Source: Nitrospirota bacterium (GTDB lineage: Bacteria > Nitrospirota > UBA9217). Taken from it: a stretch of DNA of 64,000 nt. The notes beneath the pieces were generated by a model that had not been told where the DNA came from, ran no database searches, and saw only the letters and a program-made list of their open reading frames with translations. This document shows, one piece after another, positions 63,184 to 64,000 of this stretch (within the stretch, counting starts at the first letter, position 1; the number at the start of each line of letters is the position of its first letter). The stretch spans positions 1,344,001 through 1,408,000 of the forward strand of contig CAVTRN010000001.1 of the NCBI GenBank assembly GCA_963737155.1, written 5' to 3'. A program made the translations under genes and the position numbers.

Positions 63184-64000
63184 CTGATCTTTACCCATGA
63201 CTATGGTTGGATGAGACCGGGGGAACAGCATGTTGAGGCCGAAGAACGAAGGCGATATACGCCTGAGTAATATCATCAAGACGCTGAAGACCTCGCCAGA
63301 TGGTTTCCGTTCCCGGTTCGCCATCTGCGTTTCGGTTGAGATAGCCGCCAAGTGCGGCAACCATGAGCATAGACTCCCGGAGCGTCGGCGGGCTAGCAGG
63401 AACAGTCGGCGTCTGATGAATAAAACCGACCAGAGCTTTCCAGGTCGCATCGTCGAAGTAGACTGTACAGGGCATGTTGGGAGTCTCCCTGCCGAGCCAG
63501 GTAAGATGATGAATTCGCCATGCCACGACCATATCGATTGCCAGGCAGTTTTCCAGACGCTTGGCAGTGCCGAGTTGCCGGTCCTCGATACGACACCCAC
63601 TCTTGAGCACTCGATGATATATTTCGATGCCCCAGCGCTTGGCATAGCGGGCAAGGGCGGTTTTCGCTTCCTCGAACGAGGTCACCGGCAGCGTTGAGAG
63701 CAGCATCCATTCGAGGGGTGATTCGACCTCGGCAGGCGTATTGATCTCTTTGGCGTATACGACGGAAAGTGTTAACTCGGGCAAGCCGGGTTTGGTGCGA
63801 GGGGCTTTCAGCGTAACCGGACTGAAGCGAACTTCGAGTTTCGCTGTTCGCGCGGGCCGATCCGATCGCGGCGGCACCGTTACCTCAACGATACCGGCAG
63901 GCTTCAACGCTTGCATGAAAGGCCAGAGACGTTGAACGTTCTCTTCGTCATCGGTGACGGTTCGCTGGCGCGTTTTCTCCGCGCGAATAAGCAGATCAGC
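63184..64000 (-). mobile_element. IS4 family (IS50/Tn5-like) element, 3' part; transposase ORF 63191..>64000
   Basis: YAKRWGIEIYHRVLKSGC (YREK motif), W.LLST, LGGYLNR..DGEPG..TIWRGL; end sequence ATGGGTAAAGATCAG; frame open to the window edge. Confidence 0.92.

Overview
This is a chromosomal window of a diderm bacterium, most likely anaerobic or microaerophilic. Gene content and order resemble Nitrospirota/Desulfobacterota (inference). Housekeeping blocks: guaA, nadB, uvrA, atpF'FHAGDC, pfkA, moaAC, split transketolase, ftsEX-envC-ctpA, CIRCE-groESL, a thyA-like gene, hemE-hemH-hemY and tRNA-Leu(CAA). Redox loci: Grx + ferredoxin:thioredoxin reductase, perR-fprA-rubredoxin with a Per box, and an AhpF-like reductase. 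Two results stand out. (1) A 72-codon glutaredoxin-like gene missed by the ORF track (38554-38772) has two in-frame UGA codons, each followed by a GGUC-loop SECIS-like hairpin. It is a probable double selenoprotein lying upstream of an isochorismatase-family hydrolase and an AhpF-like reductase. (2) A translationally coupled operon (23003-31304) encodes HEAT protein / processive GT2 / TPR-glycoside hydrolase / Tat deacetylase / TPR-beta-barrel / amidohydrolase and looks like an uncharacterised synthase-dependent exopolysaccharide system. Many 'intergenic' gaps are decayed genes (TauE, PhnD-like, radC, a lipoprotein, ECF sigma/anti-sigma) or mobile remnants (internally deleted ISKra4 and IS1634 elements, a 5' group II intron fragment, an IS4/IS50-type transposase at the right edge). 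Heptamer-periodic inverted repeats fill several operon spacers. All family assignments come from motif recognition by eye; no database search was run.
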